Shown: piece after piece, positions 12,070 through 24,109 of the stretch
How the letters are laid out: every line of letters starts with the position of its first letter
Numbering within the stretch: position 1 is the stretch's first letter
Assembly: GCF_036365525.1 (NCBI RefSeq)
Contig: NC_090374.1
Location: forward strand, 76,095,699 to 76,159,698
Direction: 5' to 3'
DNA: 64,000 nt
Origin: Heterodontus francisci
Lineage: Eukaryota
Position numbers and translations under genes: made by a program
The notes under the pieces: model-generated
Told to the model about the DNA's origin: nothing
The model's input: only the letters and a program-made list of their open reading frames with translations
Databases searched by the model: none

Positions 12070-14151
12070 GGGTTAGAATTTGTTCTGCGTAACGCCGCTT
12101 GTAGCCGCTCTACAGAAGCCTTACACCGCTCTACACATGTCCCCCATGCCGCCGGCTGCTTCCTGCGCGATCCACGAGGCTTTCTCCAAGAAGAAGGGCA
12201 AGTCATCTCACCGTCACCTTCTCATGGGCAATTAGGGATGGGCAATAAATGCTGGCCTGGACAGCAATACCCACATTCCCATAAACCAATTTTTAAAAAA
12301 AGTGCATCCCCTGCGTGTTCCAGAAGATGTTGATTTGTTACTATTCTCTGACATCACACAGTCCAACCAGTTAATGTGATACTGGAGCTCCAAATTTGGG
12401 CAACGAACGTCCAGGTACACCTGAACTAGTTATTCAAGATTTGCCAGAGATTGTTGCTGCATCTGCACAGTTTGGGGCCAAAGGAGTAGGTGACCTGTCC
12501 ACACAAAAGCTCCAGCTGGTAGAGAAGGGCAGCAATGGAAGTCTCTGGGTCTGCAGCATGGCAGGCAGATGCAGCAGAGCCTGCAGAGAGGGCTAGCTTT
12601 GCGTGATGCCCTCTGCCCAGTTGGAGCTGAACTCCTCCATGCTCCATGACAGTGACAGAAGGCTTTCTGGCAGGCCAGCCATTGCACCCAACATCTCTTG
12701 TGCATGCCCATCAGTGCTGTCCTGGAGGCCACTCCATCGAGTTCCTCATCTAGGTCCTCTGTAGTAGTATTTGTCTGCCACCTCATCCTCCAGTGAGCTG
12801 GCAAATGAACCATCCTTTACTCCTGACCTGGCTGCAGGCCACTTGTGTCCAGATGACTCACCACGTGCTGATCCCAACTCTCTACTAGCTTCCAAGGTAT
12901 GCGCACTGCCAGTATCTGAGATGTGAGTGTCTGATCAAGTGTCGGGGCCTCTTCATCAGTGATGTGCTGTTGCTCTCTTTCTTCCTCCTGGAGCTCCTGT
13001 GACTGGGCAGTGACAGTGGTTGGATGTCTGAAAGCAGAAAATCAGAAAGGAAAGGTTGGTGTGAGGAGAGATGGGTGGGGTGGGAAGCAAGAAGTCCATG
13101 GTGACACCATCAGTAGCTTGCTCATCATGCCAGATAGCAAGATGAGGGTGAGCTGAGATTTGAGGAGGGGCATATGGCAGGGACATACAGTCATCCTTAA
13201 TGTTCTCAGCAATGCTGGATGCCATGGGCTCTGTCGCAGCTGGCCCCATGATTCAGAGAAGCATCTCCTCCATAGAGCTCAGGAGTAGCCAGGCCTCCTG
13301 GTCCCACACCAGCTCTGCTCTGCTAACTTTTATTGGGTGACACTTTGTTCTGCAAGAGAGAGGGAAGAATGGCATTCTTTGTGTAGCACTGTGTTTGGGT
13401 GATATGACTGCCATAGCCGAATAGCTGGAGGTATATGCAGCCAGTGAGAGGCGGGTGTGAGACTGGCAGTATTGGTACATGTGCAAGGGTGAGGTGTAGT
13501 ACCTGGATGTTAGGTGTGAGTCCTGAGTGCTGATGGGTCAGTGATGGGGTCGTGGTGCATTAAGCAGTGTGTGAGGTTGGTGGTGTGGTGGGGTGGAGAT
13601 GTCATGTGAAGATGCATTCACTAACCTTGACCACACGTGTGAGGTCATTAGACTCTTGTGGCATTATTGCCAGGTCCGCGGGTCCAGAATCCAGGTGCTG
13701 ATCCTCCTGGCCATCGGCTCCCACTCCGTTGTGAGGATGGTCCTTGAGTATCTCCTGGCTTCTGTGGACCCATGGTGTCTCTCCTCTTGCCCTCCTACAC
13801 CAGTAATTCTTCCAGCTCTGCATCCATCACTATGGAACCTCCTCTCTGCCCTGGTGTTCACTTTGCACTAATTTACAGTGTAGCAATATTTTTGTGCAGC
13901 TTCCCTTTAAGATACAGCCTGCTTTTAAGAATAGTAGGCTGGCTGTACCAAATGGTTGGCTAACAATGCTGCTGGGCCCTCTTGTTATACACAGAAGCAG
14001 CACAGGAGCCACCCTGGCCAACGCCACAATCATTCAGATGAGGTGGGTACATGAACTTTTGCACGTTGTCCACTTCGAACTAAATGGACAATGGCAGGTC
14101 ATGAATCATGACACCCACTCCCAAAAATCAGGGCTAATCATATTCTAGCCC
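12070..14151 (-). mobile_element. Non-autonomous Harbinger element carrying only a Myb/SANT-like gene remnant
   Basis: Termini GGGTTAGAATT...ATTCTAGCCC; 3-bp TSD ACT (12067-12069 and 14152-14154). Exon about 13626-13861 encodes, across frameshifts, RF..DAELEELL..EWEPMARRIS..RTWQ*CHK..NDLTRVVK. Confidence 0.8.
12200..12300 (+). mobile_element. Short CR1-type 3' end (family of 47768-49062)
   Basis: CACCTTCTCATGGGCAATTAGGGATGGGCAATAAATGCTGGCC matches 48975-49062. Confidence 0.85.
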
Positions 14152-14227
14152 ACTGTAGATAGCAATTAAGGGCAGATTTCCTGATATATACAGCTGTCAG
14201 GTGAGGCTTTCTGCCAGTAGTGTATAT

Positions 14228-14916
14228 GCACTGGATTTTACCAGCACTTTGGGGACAGGCTGGGAGGTGAAAAGGCTGGCAAGATGGCACGGGAAGGTGG
14301 CGGGTGGCATGCTTGGCATCTTCCCATTGTGATACCATCTTGCCAGCAGCGGGAAAGGTGGTGGATGCCCCTCCTGCCCAGAGCCCAATTGAACCACTTA
14401 AGTGGCCAACTAAGAGCCTCTTCCTGCCTCCACTGGCATTTCACCAGCAGCGGGAGGGCTCTCCGCTGCATGGGAAGACCACCAGGAAACTCCGGCGGCT
14501 GCCTGGCAGGATCCAGCAGGGGTCCTTCCTATTTGGTTACTGTTTGGCCAAGGGAGAGGCCCCTCCCAGCAGCAATGGCCGCCCCCACGACAACGGAACT
14601 CTCTGCCCTCATCAACACCTTCCACCTTGCCAGGGCCTCAGCGACTCCAGACCCCTTATCTGGTTGTTAGGGAGCACGTCCATTTATCCACCTTCCTCTT
14701 TCAGGTGCAGCCCCAGCAGTGGCCACCACTCCTGGTGGTGCTGCTGAACTGCCAGCCCTCTGATTGGCTGGCTGCTCTTGGGGGGCATGCAGCCATCCTT
14801 AATGGTTGCCGCTTACAAGATGTGGCCCCGGGTCCTGCTGGCCGCCGAAGGGGGTTCACCCACCCCTCCCCCCACCACCACTTTCGTGCCTGGTGGCAGA
14901 GCACTAAATCCAGCCC
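14228..14916. mobile_element. GC-rich non-autonomous DNA transposon (Harbinger-type MITE)
   Basis: Ends CTGGATTTTA...TAAATCCAGCCC; no coding homology; similar termini recur at about 26631, 32115, 47188 and 63977. Confidence 0.55.
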
Positions 14917-15515
14917 ATTGACCCTAATAAATACATTTTGATTTAAAAGGCTTCATTCATCAGGATTTATTGGCTTGTAGTAAGCTGCACATTTTGCTTC
15001 TCAAATATTTTGAATGTCCTTTAATTGATGCTTCTGAAAAGGGAATTATGTTGAACTGAGTATATAATATGATCAAAGTGATGTCAGCATACAAACTGAA
15101 ACTAGGTCTGCCTTGTTCCTGTGCTTATGCTTTAAAATTTGTGTTTACAAGTTGCTTGTATATTGCACCATATTAGTGGCTTTGTCTTCCAACATGCTAT
15201 CTACACAGTCAGGTGCAACTTGAAAATACACCTGCCAGGATTTGCAAAGGCCAACAGCAGGACATTTTGACTGATCTTCTGACCACCAGCCTTAACAAAT
15301 GGAAGGCAAGTGTCTTTGGATTGGAGCCAACTGCACAACACCAAATATCAGGTTTCACACAATATGGAAGTGCTAAAGATATTCAGGGAAATTTGTGTAC
15401 AGTCATACTTCAGCGACATTCTGTAATTTCAGAACCTATGATATAACTGGAAACTTCCTGATATCACTTCAGGAAATTCTATACAAAATTCCCCCCTGTG
15501 ATTACATCAGATCAG

Positions 15516-15650
15516 TAAAATAAAAATTAAAAGCAGATGCTGAAAATCTGAAAACAAGAACAGTAAAAGACTGGAAACACACAGCAAGTCATAACAGGCA
15601 GCATCTGTGGAGAAACTGAAGGAGGTCAGTCAGTTAACCTTTCGAGGTAA
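15516..15650 (-). mobile_element. Degenerate Penelope-derived terminal repeat
   Basis: GCAGATGCTGAAAATCTGAAAACAAG..GGCAGCATCTGTGGAGA..GTTAACCTTTCG; diverged member of the hammerhead-bearing family. Confidence 0.65.
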
Positions 15651-16080
15651 TTTAGACTTTGGACAATCGTGTAAAATGGCAGCTTAGCCACCTTTTAAAC
15701 ACTTCCCCCAGTTTTGGAAATGAAAATTGCGAGAGGTGTTTAAAAGGCGGCCGAGCTGATATCAACTATTTTACACTATTGTCCAAAGTACCCCCATCCA
15801 GTGTTAGTATCATGCCTCTCCAGATCACATATAATATGGGCTAGAAGAGAACTAAAGTTCATTCTACTTTGTTCCAGTATGGTGGCACAGAGTAACCTCA
15901 AGACTAAGTCAAACTCCTCGGTGCCAATTATAATACAAGATGTTTATAAAGTCCTTGTGCAACTTTAAACTTTAATAACTTTGGATGTACACATGTTAGA
16001 AAATGCATATGAAAGAATAATTCATCAATTTTAAAAAATGTTAATGCTGTTACTCTTTTTGTTAATGCTGTGATGAATCC

Positions 16081-16205
16081 ATTCTGATGAAAGGCTTGAA
16101 ATGTTAATTCTGTTTCTCTCTCCACAGATGCTGCCTGAACTGTTGAGTATTTCCAGCATTTTCTGCTTTTATTTCAGATTTCCAGCATCCGCAGTATTTT
16201 GCTTT
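16081..16205 (+). ncRNA. Penelope-derived repeat with a minimal hammerhead-like motif
   Basis: ATT-CTGATGA(16084-16090)-AAGGCTT-GAAA-TGT-T-AAT, followed by the family tail; stem II is shortened. Confidence 0.6.
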
Positions 16206-16289
16206 GAACTTGTTCCTAATAGTCTGGGTTGGATTTACTCATAAGTACCAGAGCAAAAGGGTAATACCATTCTAGCCATTCAAACTCTT

Positions 16290-16640
16290 CACTGTGTCAT
16301 AAATAAGGAAATTGAAACAGTTGTACTTTATTTCTGGCTTCCCATTCAGTAGAATTGGATTCCCCATCAGAGGAAATAAATTCTCTGTATATACCCTATC
16401 AAATCCCTTTATCATTTTAAAAACTTGATTAAGATCACTCCTCTATCTTCCAATCTCAGAAGTATGCATTCCTATTACAACCAGTCCTCATAATTTAATC
16501 TTTCTATTCCTGGTATCAATCTGGTGAATCTGTATTGTTCCACCTGCAAGACCAGAGGCTCGATGCCCAAAACTGAACACAATACACCAGATGGAGTTTG
16601 ATCAAGGCTCTGTACAACCGAAGCATCACTTCCAAACAAC
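16290..16640 (-). mobile_element. Old CR1 3' fragment
   Basis: Reverse complement resembles LYRALIKLHLVYCVQFW..RFTRLIPG..FKMIKGFDRV. Confidence 0.65.
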
Positions 16641-17324
16641 GCAACATCCCTTTAATAATTTTGATAACTCTTCTTTGTTTCTTTCCTGTTAATAAAAATT
16701 ATTCAAAATTTTAATTATATTGTTCTTTTCATTCAGATCTTGGACTTTTCATTTAGATTATAGGAACTTGACATCTGGGAGCCTACAGTTAGTTCATGCT
16801 GGTACGTTTGTTTTCCTTAGCCTCGTGGCAGAATCATTGATCCATGGAAAACATCCAACAGGCCATGGAAAATCGATGCACCAACACAAACACTGGGAGC
16901 ATGCTTATGGTTGCATGATCATTAAGTACAAATTGAAAGAACAATATAAAAGCACATAATAACATTAATAACTTACAACTTCATTTCAAAGAACACAGAA
17001 CTGGAAAAAAACAGATTTCTATTTCAAGTTGGTGTTTTGGTGTCTGGTTTACATTTTCGAAACGTTCAAATAGAACACTCGAAAACCAGAATATCCAATC
17101 TAAACCAGACAGATGACAATCCTAACCCCCTCCCCCTCCCCCCACCCACGATACTACTGGATCAGTTTAAAGTTGCAGCATCTTTTTAATGATTTTTATA
17201 TTAACTTATATTACAAAAGCAAAACATTCTTTGAACTTTCAGAACATCCTAAAAGTACTTGTTTTTCATTTTCATTCATTTGTGGTTTTATTTTACATGG
17301 CTTTTAGCTTATAAAAGGATTGAA

Positions 17325-17800
17325 AGGCTTCTTCTGATGACTCATCTGGTTAAGCCAGTGAATAGCTGAACCAGGGTTGATTCCTGGTCACTGCTGTGTT
17401 AGCTGATTTCAGCTGGGGTGGCAGAAGAACTACAATTCAACCATTGTTCACAGGTTAGGAGGAAGAATATCAGGATTCCTACTCTAGACTACTATCCAAT
17501 GACCCCTGCTGGAAGCATCATGTTTGAATGCTGGGTCTAGGCAAGTTTAAGTTCAGCTGTGATAATCCTAGTGTTATAATAGGCTGCTTACACTCAGGGG
17601 GTAAGATTCAATTTACCGCTGGATCCTAAAACCAGCACTGAGGAGCAGGCAAATCAATGGAATGGAAAATGGGCTGGTTCCTATAACTGGCACCTGGCCT
17701 ACAACACAGGTTTTATGCATTGACATTATTCACCGTCAAGGCTCACATGGGAATAATGATTACTTGGGAAAGGATCTGAACAAACTATTTGTGGAACTGT
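17325..17800 (+). mobile_element. Old tRNA-derived SINE (AmnSINE2-like), interrupted at about 17597-17725
   Basis: GGTTGATTCCTGGTC..GTTAGCTGATTTCAGCTGGGG..CTACAATT..TATCCAATGACCCCTGCTGGAA; related minus-strand copies at about 19050-19330 and 38930-39140. Family name is from memory. Confidence 0.5.
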
Positions 17801-17960
17801 AAGTGAACAAGGAATTGTGGGAAGCAGTTGCTACTTCCTCATAGTTGCTAATTGCATATTTGAAAGCCAGACATTCCTTGATTTTGTTTTGCATTTCATT
17901 TATGCTGACAACAAACACTCTTCCAATGTTTTGCAAAAACAGGAAAGGCAGTTCCTAATA

Positions 17961-18451
17961 TAAAATAAAAACAGCAAGTGCTAGAAATACTCAGCAGGTC
18001 TGGCAGCATCTGTGGAGAGAGAAACAGAGTTAACGCTTCAGGTCTGTAACCTTTCATCAGAACTGGCAAAGGTTAGATATGTAATAGGCTTTGAGAAAGT
18101 GAAAAGGGGGGGGGGTGGTGTTGGGGGAAGAAGAACAAAAGAGAAGATCTGTGATAGGGTGGAAGACAGGAGAGATTAAATGACAGAAATGTCTTGGAAC
18201 AAAAGGCAAAGGGAGTGGTAATAGTTGTAGTAAAAGATAAAGCATTAGTTCAGAGAGAGTGTTAATGACAGAATAATGAACAGCTCTATCAAAAAGCAAA
18301 AACATGAAAAACAGGTTTAAGAAAGGCACATGGTTAAAAAATAAAATAAAAATAAATGAAAAATGGAAATCATGCTCTGAATTTGTTGAACTCAATATTG
18401 GGTCCAGAAGATAAGAGTGCCTAATTGGAAGATGAAATGCCGTTCCTCGAG
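17961..18451 (-). mobile_element. Penelope-like element 3' end: GIY-YIG C-terminus, 3' UTR and hammerhead motif
   Basis: Minus 18451-18370 reads LEERHFIFQLGTL...GPNIEFNKFRA*. Then a pyrimidine-rich UTR and AGTT-CTGATGA-A-AGGT-TACAG-ACCT-GAAG-CGT-T-AACT at 18064-18028. Confidence 0.85.
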
Positions 18452-19049
18452 ATTGCTACTATAGCTGCCATGACTGGCAGCAAGTTGTATGAAGAGCCCT
18501 TGCAATAGCAACCAATGCCTTCCCAACGTGCAGACTTTACCAACTTTTATGAATTCCTCCAAACACCCAGTACTTCCAGAAACTCAGCAAGAGCCAATCG
18601 AAAGTAATAAGCAATTAACCTGCAGATTGAATGATGAATCCTTTAAGTAGCACTGGTGGGAGAGGACCTTATGCTGCTGAATGCATGTTCAGCTGTGCAT
18701 GTTTAAGAGAGGGTGCTAACTACAGCAGCAAGTCAAAAATGAAAGGTTGAGTGTCAAATCAGCGTAAGATGCTGACTGACCTCACGAGCTGCCCACGCTG
18801 CATAGCTTTGGGGCATGTACGTAATGTCCATGCTAAGGCCCTCACCAAGGTGGTGTTCAGTGCGGGCTGCACCTGAAGTAGACAGAAGCAGCATGAATGC
18901 CATTTTTCTACTGAACCGGCATGAGTAGTGCCAAAATTACTGGCACTACGGAGCTGAATTTTGCAGCCATTGACACTTCTATAGTTCCAAGGATAATTGA
19001 TCTGGGCACCCTTCCCATGTCAGCATGCTGCTTGTATGATTCTTGCAAA

Positions 19050-19330
19050 TGAAAGTTGCAAGCTGTTCAACTATGGGGTTGCCACAGATGAGTTCAATCC
19101 TGTGCTTACGTGATATGAACACAATTTTGAGCAGGAGCCCCTAAATAATGATCAGGAACCATAGCCTTGGATGAATTTTTCCTTCCTGAACCTAGAGGTG
19201 CTGAGGCTAATTGTAGCACCCCATTAGCCACACCAGTTAAAATAAGACAACTCAACATATATTAGAGGTTGCTTCTGGGATCAAACCTGAGACTTCTAAC
19301 TTTCTTGGTTTATATGGCCCATTACCACAT
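19050..19330 (-). mobile_element. Old SINE, second copy of the 17325 family
   Basis: GGTGCTGAGGCTAATTGTAGCACCCC and GATCAGGAACC correspond to the reverse complement of the family core. Confidence 0.5.
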
Positions 19331-19518
19331 TAGGATAGCCTTGTGTTTTTTTAGTAATTGAATAATTAATTAATCAAGACACTGGTCAAAATTTGTAAAT
19401 CCACAAAACTTTACTCTTGAAATCCGTCAGCTGTGACTCAGTGGTAACACTCTCACCTGCGTCAGAAAGTGGTGGGTTCAAATTCCACTCCAGGTGATTT
19501 GAGCAAACAAATCTAGGC

Positions 19519-20547
19519 CAGGGTTATTCAACCTTTTCGCGTGGGGGCCACATTACAATTTTTGTATTACATAGGGGGCCGGTGAGACAATTTCGGAAAG
19601 ATAAAAGCATTAAAAATGTATCTTACTATTAATCAAAACAAAAACAAATGTGCATTTTTGTGAAGAAGCTTTAAATGAGATTAATTTATTGACTTACTTT
19701 CTCATCACTATATTGGACACTGATTTAGTGAGATACCTGGCATTTTTTTGCTTGCACAAGCAATCAATGTTTGTCTGCACACTTGTAGCGATGCAGAGTA
19801 TTCTGGATAGATGTCCATCTATCAGCAGTGATCTTGATCACTCTCTCTCTTTCTCTCCCTGTGTCCCTCCTCTTTGCGTTCCCACCCTCTGTGTTGTTCC
19901 CCCCTCTTGTTATTCCCCCGCCATGTCGTCCTCACTCTCTGTGTCCCCCCCCTCAATGTCCCCCATCTTTCTCTCTCTGCCCCTCTCTCTGTTCCCTCCT
20001 CTTTCTGTCCCCTCTCTCTGTTACCTCTCTCTCTCTCTCTCTCTGCCCCCTCTCTCTGTCTCCACCCCACTCTCTCTCTCCCCCCCAACATCGCCTCGCT
20101 GTCTCTCTCTATTTCTCTGTCCCCCCCACCCCATCTCTCTCTCTCTCCTCTCTCTCTTGACAGTTGCAGGGAGCGGGAATGCTCAGCAGAGCAGCTTTGT
20201 GGTTGGTCAGCTTTTTTTTTTAAAAGTCGCAAGCAAGTTTCATAGATGACAGGTGCTGTCATTGGGAACAGTGATTTTCCAACGTCAGTCAGATTCGGGG
20301 TTTTCTGACAGGCTTTTAAAAAAGGTGGAACCTAATGGTAAACCCCGAATCTGTCCGAAGTTGGGAAACCGCTGTTCCCAATGTCAGCACCTGTCAGCTG
20401 TGAAACAGACTTGCTACCTTTTAAAAAAGCCAGTTTGAAAGAAGAAGACAATGGGAAATTTCTCCTCTCTGAAATACATCTGCAGGCCAGATGGAAACCT
20501 TTGGCAGGACAGATCCTGGCCCATGGGCCTTATGTTGGACAACCATG
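19519..20547. mobile_element. Non-autonomous hAT (Charlie-like) DNA transposon
   Basis: Exact 8-bp TSD ATCTAGGC (19511-19518 and 20548-20555); imperfect TIRs CAGGGTTATTCAAC and GTTGGACAACCATG. Confidence 0.88.
19840..20157 (+). repeat. CT-rich low-complexity tract inside the hAT element
   Basis: Degenerate (CT)n and C runs, almost entirely pyrimidine. Confidence 0.9.
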
Positions 20548-22288
20548 ATCTAGGCTAACACTAGTAGTACTGGGGAAGGGCTGCACTCTCAGAGGTGCTG
20601 TCTTTCAGATGAAACATTAAAACAAGGCTCTGTCTGTCCTCTCAGGTTGATGTAAAAGATCCCATGGCATCATTTTGAAGAAGAGCAAGGGAATTCTCCT
20701 CAGTGTCCTGGCCAATATTAGTCCATCAACCAACAACACCAATGCAGATTATCTGCTCATTATCACATCGCCATTTGTGGGACATTGTCATGTGCAAATT
20801 GGCTGTCGCATTTCCTACATTCCAATTGTGACTACACTTCAAAAGTACTTAATTGGCTTTAAAGTGCTTTGCGATGTTCTGAGGTCTGTACAAATGTAAG
20901 TCGCCTATTGAACTTAATTGCAACAGATTTCTTGAATGCTGTCGATTTACTTTACTAATGTCAATTGAAGAAAAATGCATGTAATTATGAGACTCACAGA
21001 AAACCAAAGATGAAATGCAGTTAAAAATGATGAGTGTTTAAAAAATGTGAAATATCTAATTAAAAGCTCAGTATTTCAAACAAAAATCTGAATTTGGGGT
21101 TTTCCCTTTTTGACATGCTGATCTGGGAAAATTTGTACTTATATGACATTCAAGTGGAGTTTAAAATTAATTTTGCTCTGGAATGGAAATATTTTGAGAC
21201 CCAGTGGAGGATTTTATATTGCTTTTGAAACAAGCTGAGCTGGAAGATTAATTTGTTTAAAGTGCTGTACCTTGGAAAAATGAAACATATTTCTGTGTCT
21301 GAATTAAAGCAGAAGTGATCCACAGTTACCACATAATTACTCCTTTTCCCCATGTATAGATAAGGACTAGCAAATGCGTGACTCTCGGAAAAATGTCAAC
21401 ATTACTGTATCATTGAAGCTACACCCAAGTTATGGTTGGTAACAGCTCCATTTAAACCTGAACTACAAATACATTTCTTTTCCAAAGACATTTCTCTCCA
21501 ACCACAATGCATCAGTTCATACCTTGCAGCACATTCTCCAAGAAAGGGGATGGCTAATCACATGCACATGTTTTAAAAAAAAATCAAACTACTAAAATTG
21601 CAATTTCTGACCCTTGCCATATAATATTTCCTGAGCTATAGGAGCTAAAGATGCTTATGTGTTAAGAAAGCCTCTTCTAGCACCTTCCATTATGGTAATA
21701 ATTGAATTTTTCATAATGAAGACCAATTACAATGCTGCCTGGTTTCCTTACTCAGAACATTGCCATTGCATCCTGAATTCCAGCTATTTGCAGGCCAACA
21801 ACATTTCAGTAAACTGCAGGGATCTGTGGCATGAGGACATAAATCCTGTGGTACTCTAATTGAATTTGACTTCGATAAATTCAGTATCTTCACAGTGGAT
21901 GGCACTACAAATACTTTATTTTTTGAGACTAGCTCTTATTCATATATCAAGGGAAAATACATAGAGTAAGGGTGAATCATGTTAATGCCAATGGCTTCTT
22001 TGTATGCAGGTGATTAGCTCTCTTTTGACTCACCATGCACCTCACCATAATCTAAAGTTGAATAAGTTGCAGATGTTGAGAAATGTATTTTTATAAATGT
22101 AAGCTCCCCTACAGATTGGTAAAATGTGTTGCAGCCTTGAATCATACAGACCCCAGGGTTTGATCCTTGTTCTGTTCTGAGTCTGCCAATGAAAGAAATA
22201 ACAACTTGTTTGGAGCATCAACGCACATAGACCTATTGGGCCAAGTGGCCTGTCTCTATACAGTAAATTCTATTTAATTCTGTATAAT

Positions 22289-22787
22289 TGTCAAGAAAAC
22301 CCCATATGTCAAATGAGAAATATTAATTTAATTGGTTGGAAACATACATTAGACTTTTATTGGAAAAAATCCTACAGTAACTTTAAAAAAAACTAGCAGC
22401 CAAAATGGCCACCACAATTTGAATCTGAAACACCTTTTCATATTCAAAAGATCCACCCGGAGCCAGAGAGTTGAGTAGCAGGGACCCAGGACAATGGCTT
22501 GCTCTAAGTGATTGAATTACCTAAAATGGCCTCATTAGCACAACAGTCAAAGCAATCCTAATATATTGACTTTGGAAAAGCAGACCTTCCACCAAGTGCA
22601 AATTGGTATCCTGGGGCATGTGGAGCCAATTCCTAACCTTGAACTTCATTAGAAGGTTCCAGAAAACCTGAAGCAGCCATGTGACCATCAGTTCATCTCA
22701 GGGGGGAAGCTGGTTTTGTTTTCTTTGGACAAAGAAGACAAGCAGTAACTGAGACTGCAGCAGCAGAGAAAGCTGTGTGCTTCCCTT

Positions 22788-22824
<37 letters not shown>

Positions 22825-23387
22825 AGAAAACATCAAGTTTGAAAACCATCTGTGACTGTGGACCCTCCGAGCCTACAGACTGCTACAGCCAGGGGAAGAG
22901 AGCCAACTACAATTCTGCCTTCAAGAAAACCCTGAGCAAAGCAAGTCAGCCAAAGTGTACTTTGACCAACCAAGGACTTCACGAGTACAACTCCAGCCAG
23001 CCAATCACCGAATCATCCAACTTCAAACTGTGTATTTAACTTTTATTTATTCTGGACTTTAATCCAACCAAAAACCCTACTTTCCACATTATAATCTATT
23101 TGTGTGTGTGTGATTCTCATGTGAATGTGTATGTGAATATGTAGCGTATTTTTTAGTATTTTTAAATTGGAGTTAGAGTGTTAAGTATAATAAACTTACC
23201 TCTTTCTTGTTTAAACTCAGGAAAACCTGTCTGATTGTTTCTTTCGCAATCACGGTAAAGGTAAAAAGGTAAAACACTCGCAGAAGTGGTAAGCACAACC
23301 ACTGTTTAAAAGGAATAAATCCTGTTGTGGTCAAACAGGAGGAAGGGCAAGAGGGGACCTGAGGCTCCTCCTCACCTGGCCTAAACA
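22289..23387 (+). mobile_element. Probable solo LTR (Gypsy-like)
   Basis: TGTCA...AAACA ends; internal (CT)n and (TG)n; AATAAA; 3' end CTCACCTGGCCTAAACA resembles 40511-40527. TSD is not exact. Confidence 0.55.
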
Positions 23388-24109
23388 ATATCAGACCTTG
23401 AGTTCCGGCAAGGGGCTAAAGAGGTGAAAAAGTAGAATGGAAACAATGATGAGCGTGTCAATGTTAACTGCAACAGCTTCAAACTGACTCCAATGGAATA
23501 GAATCATCCATTTGCAAGTATGATTTGAGCCCTATTTTATCTATGGACAAAATTGCTTGAAGCCAGATTCACATATTTTTGAAAATACTATTGGTAATTG
23601 TACCAAAACAAAGTAGGTTAAATTTGCAGTGGTGATATTTATGAAACACCATCAGTGAAAAGCAGCAAAGGGTATTGTCCTGTGTTCTGAATTTTTTCTG
23701 TGGAAAAATAATAGGTTCATTTAAGTTCAGGTGTGAAAGATCTACATTCAGTATTCTTGTTGTTTTGTTGAAGATGATGCAGTGTTGTAGCTGACATCAA
23801 GCTGCATTCAAAGTTACAGCCATTCTGATATAACATGATTGATACTGCATATTGTAACAAATAATGAAGACCCACCTGAAGGGCGGAATTTAATGCCCCC
23901 TCCTCCCCGCCGGGATGGATTAGGAGGTGGGGTGGCTCATAGAATTGTGATGGAAGGAGTTGGGGGACAGAAAGCCCGTCGCCTTCCCTTAGTATCATGA
24001 TTAAGTCAGGGGCGGGAAAGACCGACGATGGCCTTCCCACCCTAAGGCCAATTGAGGCCCTTAAGTGACTGATCAGTCAGTACTTAAGGGTGTTTTCCTG
24101 CTGCTGTTG

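Larger units (their letters stand above)
19426..20902 (+). mobile_element. DeuSINE (SacSINE1-like) split by a hAT insertion
   Basis: tRNA head (TGACTCAGTGG / GGTTCAAATTCC) at 19426-19518; resumes at 20548 with GATGTAAAAGATCCCATGGCA..GAAGAAGAGCAAGGG. Confidence 0.85.

Noticed and set aside
14138-14941. Dense overlapping ORFs on both strands
   Set aside because: Expected in a GC-rich MITE with few stop codons; no recognisable motifs.
17334-17345. CTGATGA as another hammerhead
   Set aside because: No stem II hairpin or GAAA box follows; it lies in a SINE head.
19650-20262. Four overlapping ORFs of 110-199 aa
   Set aside because: Translations of the CT-rich low-complexity tract in the hAT element.
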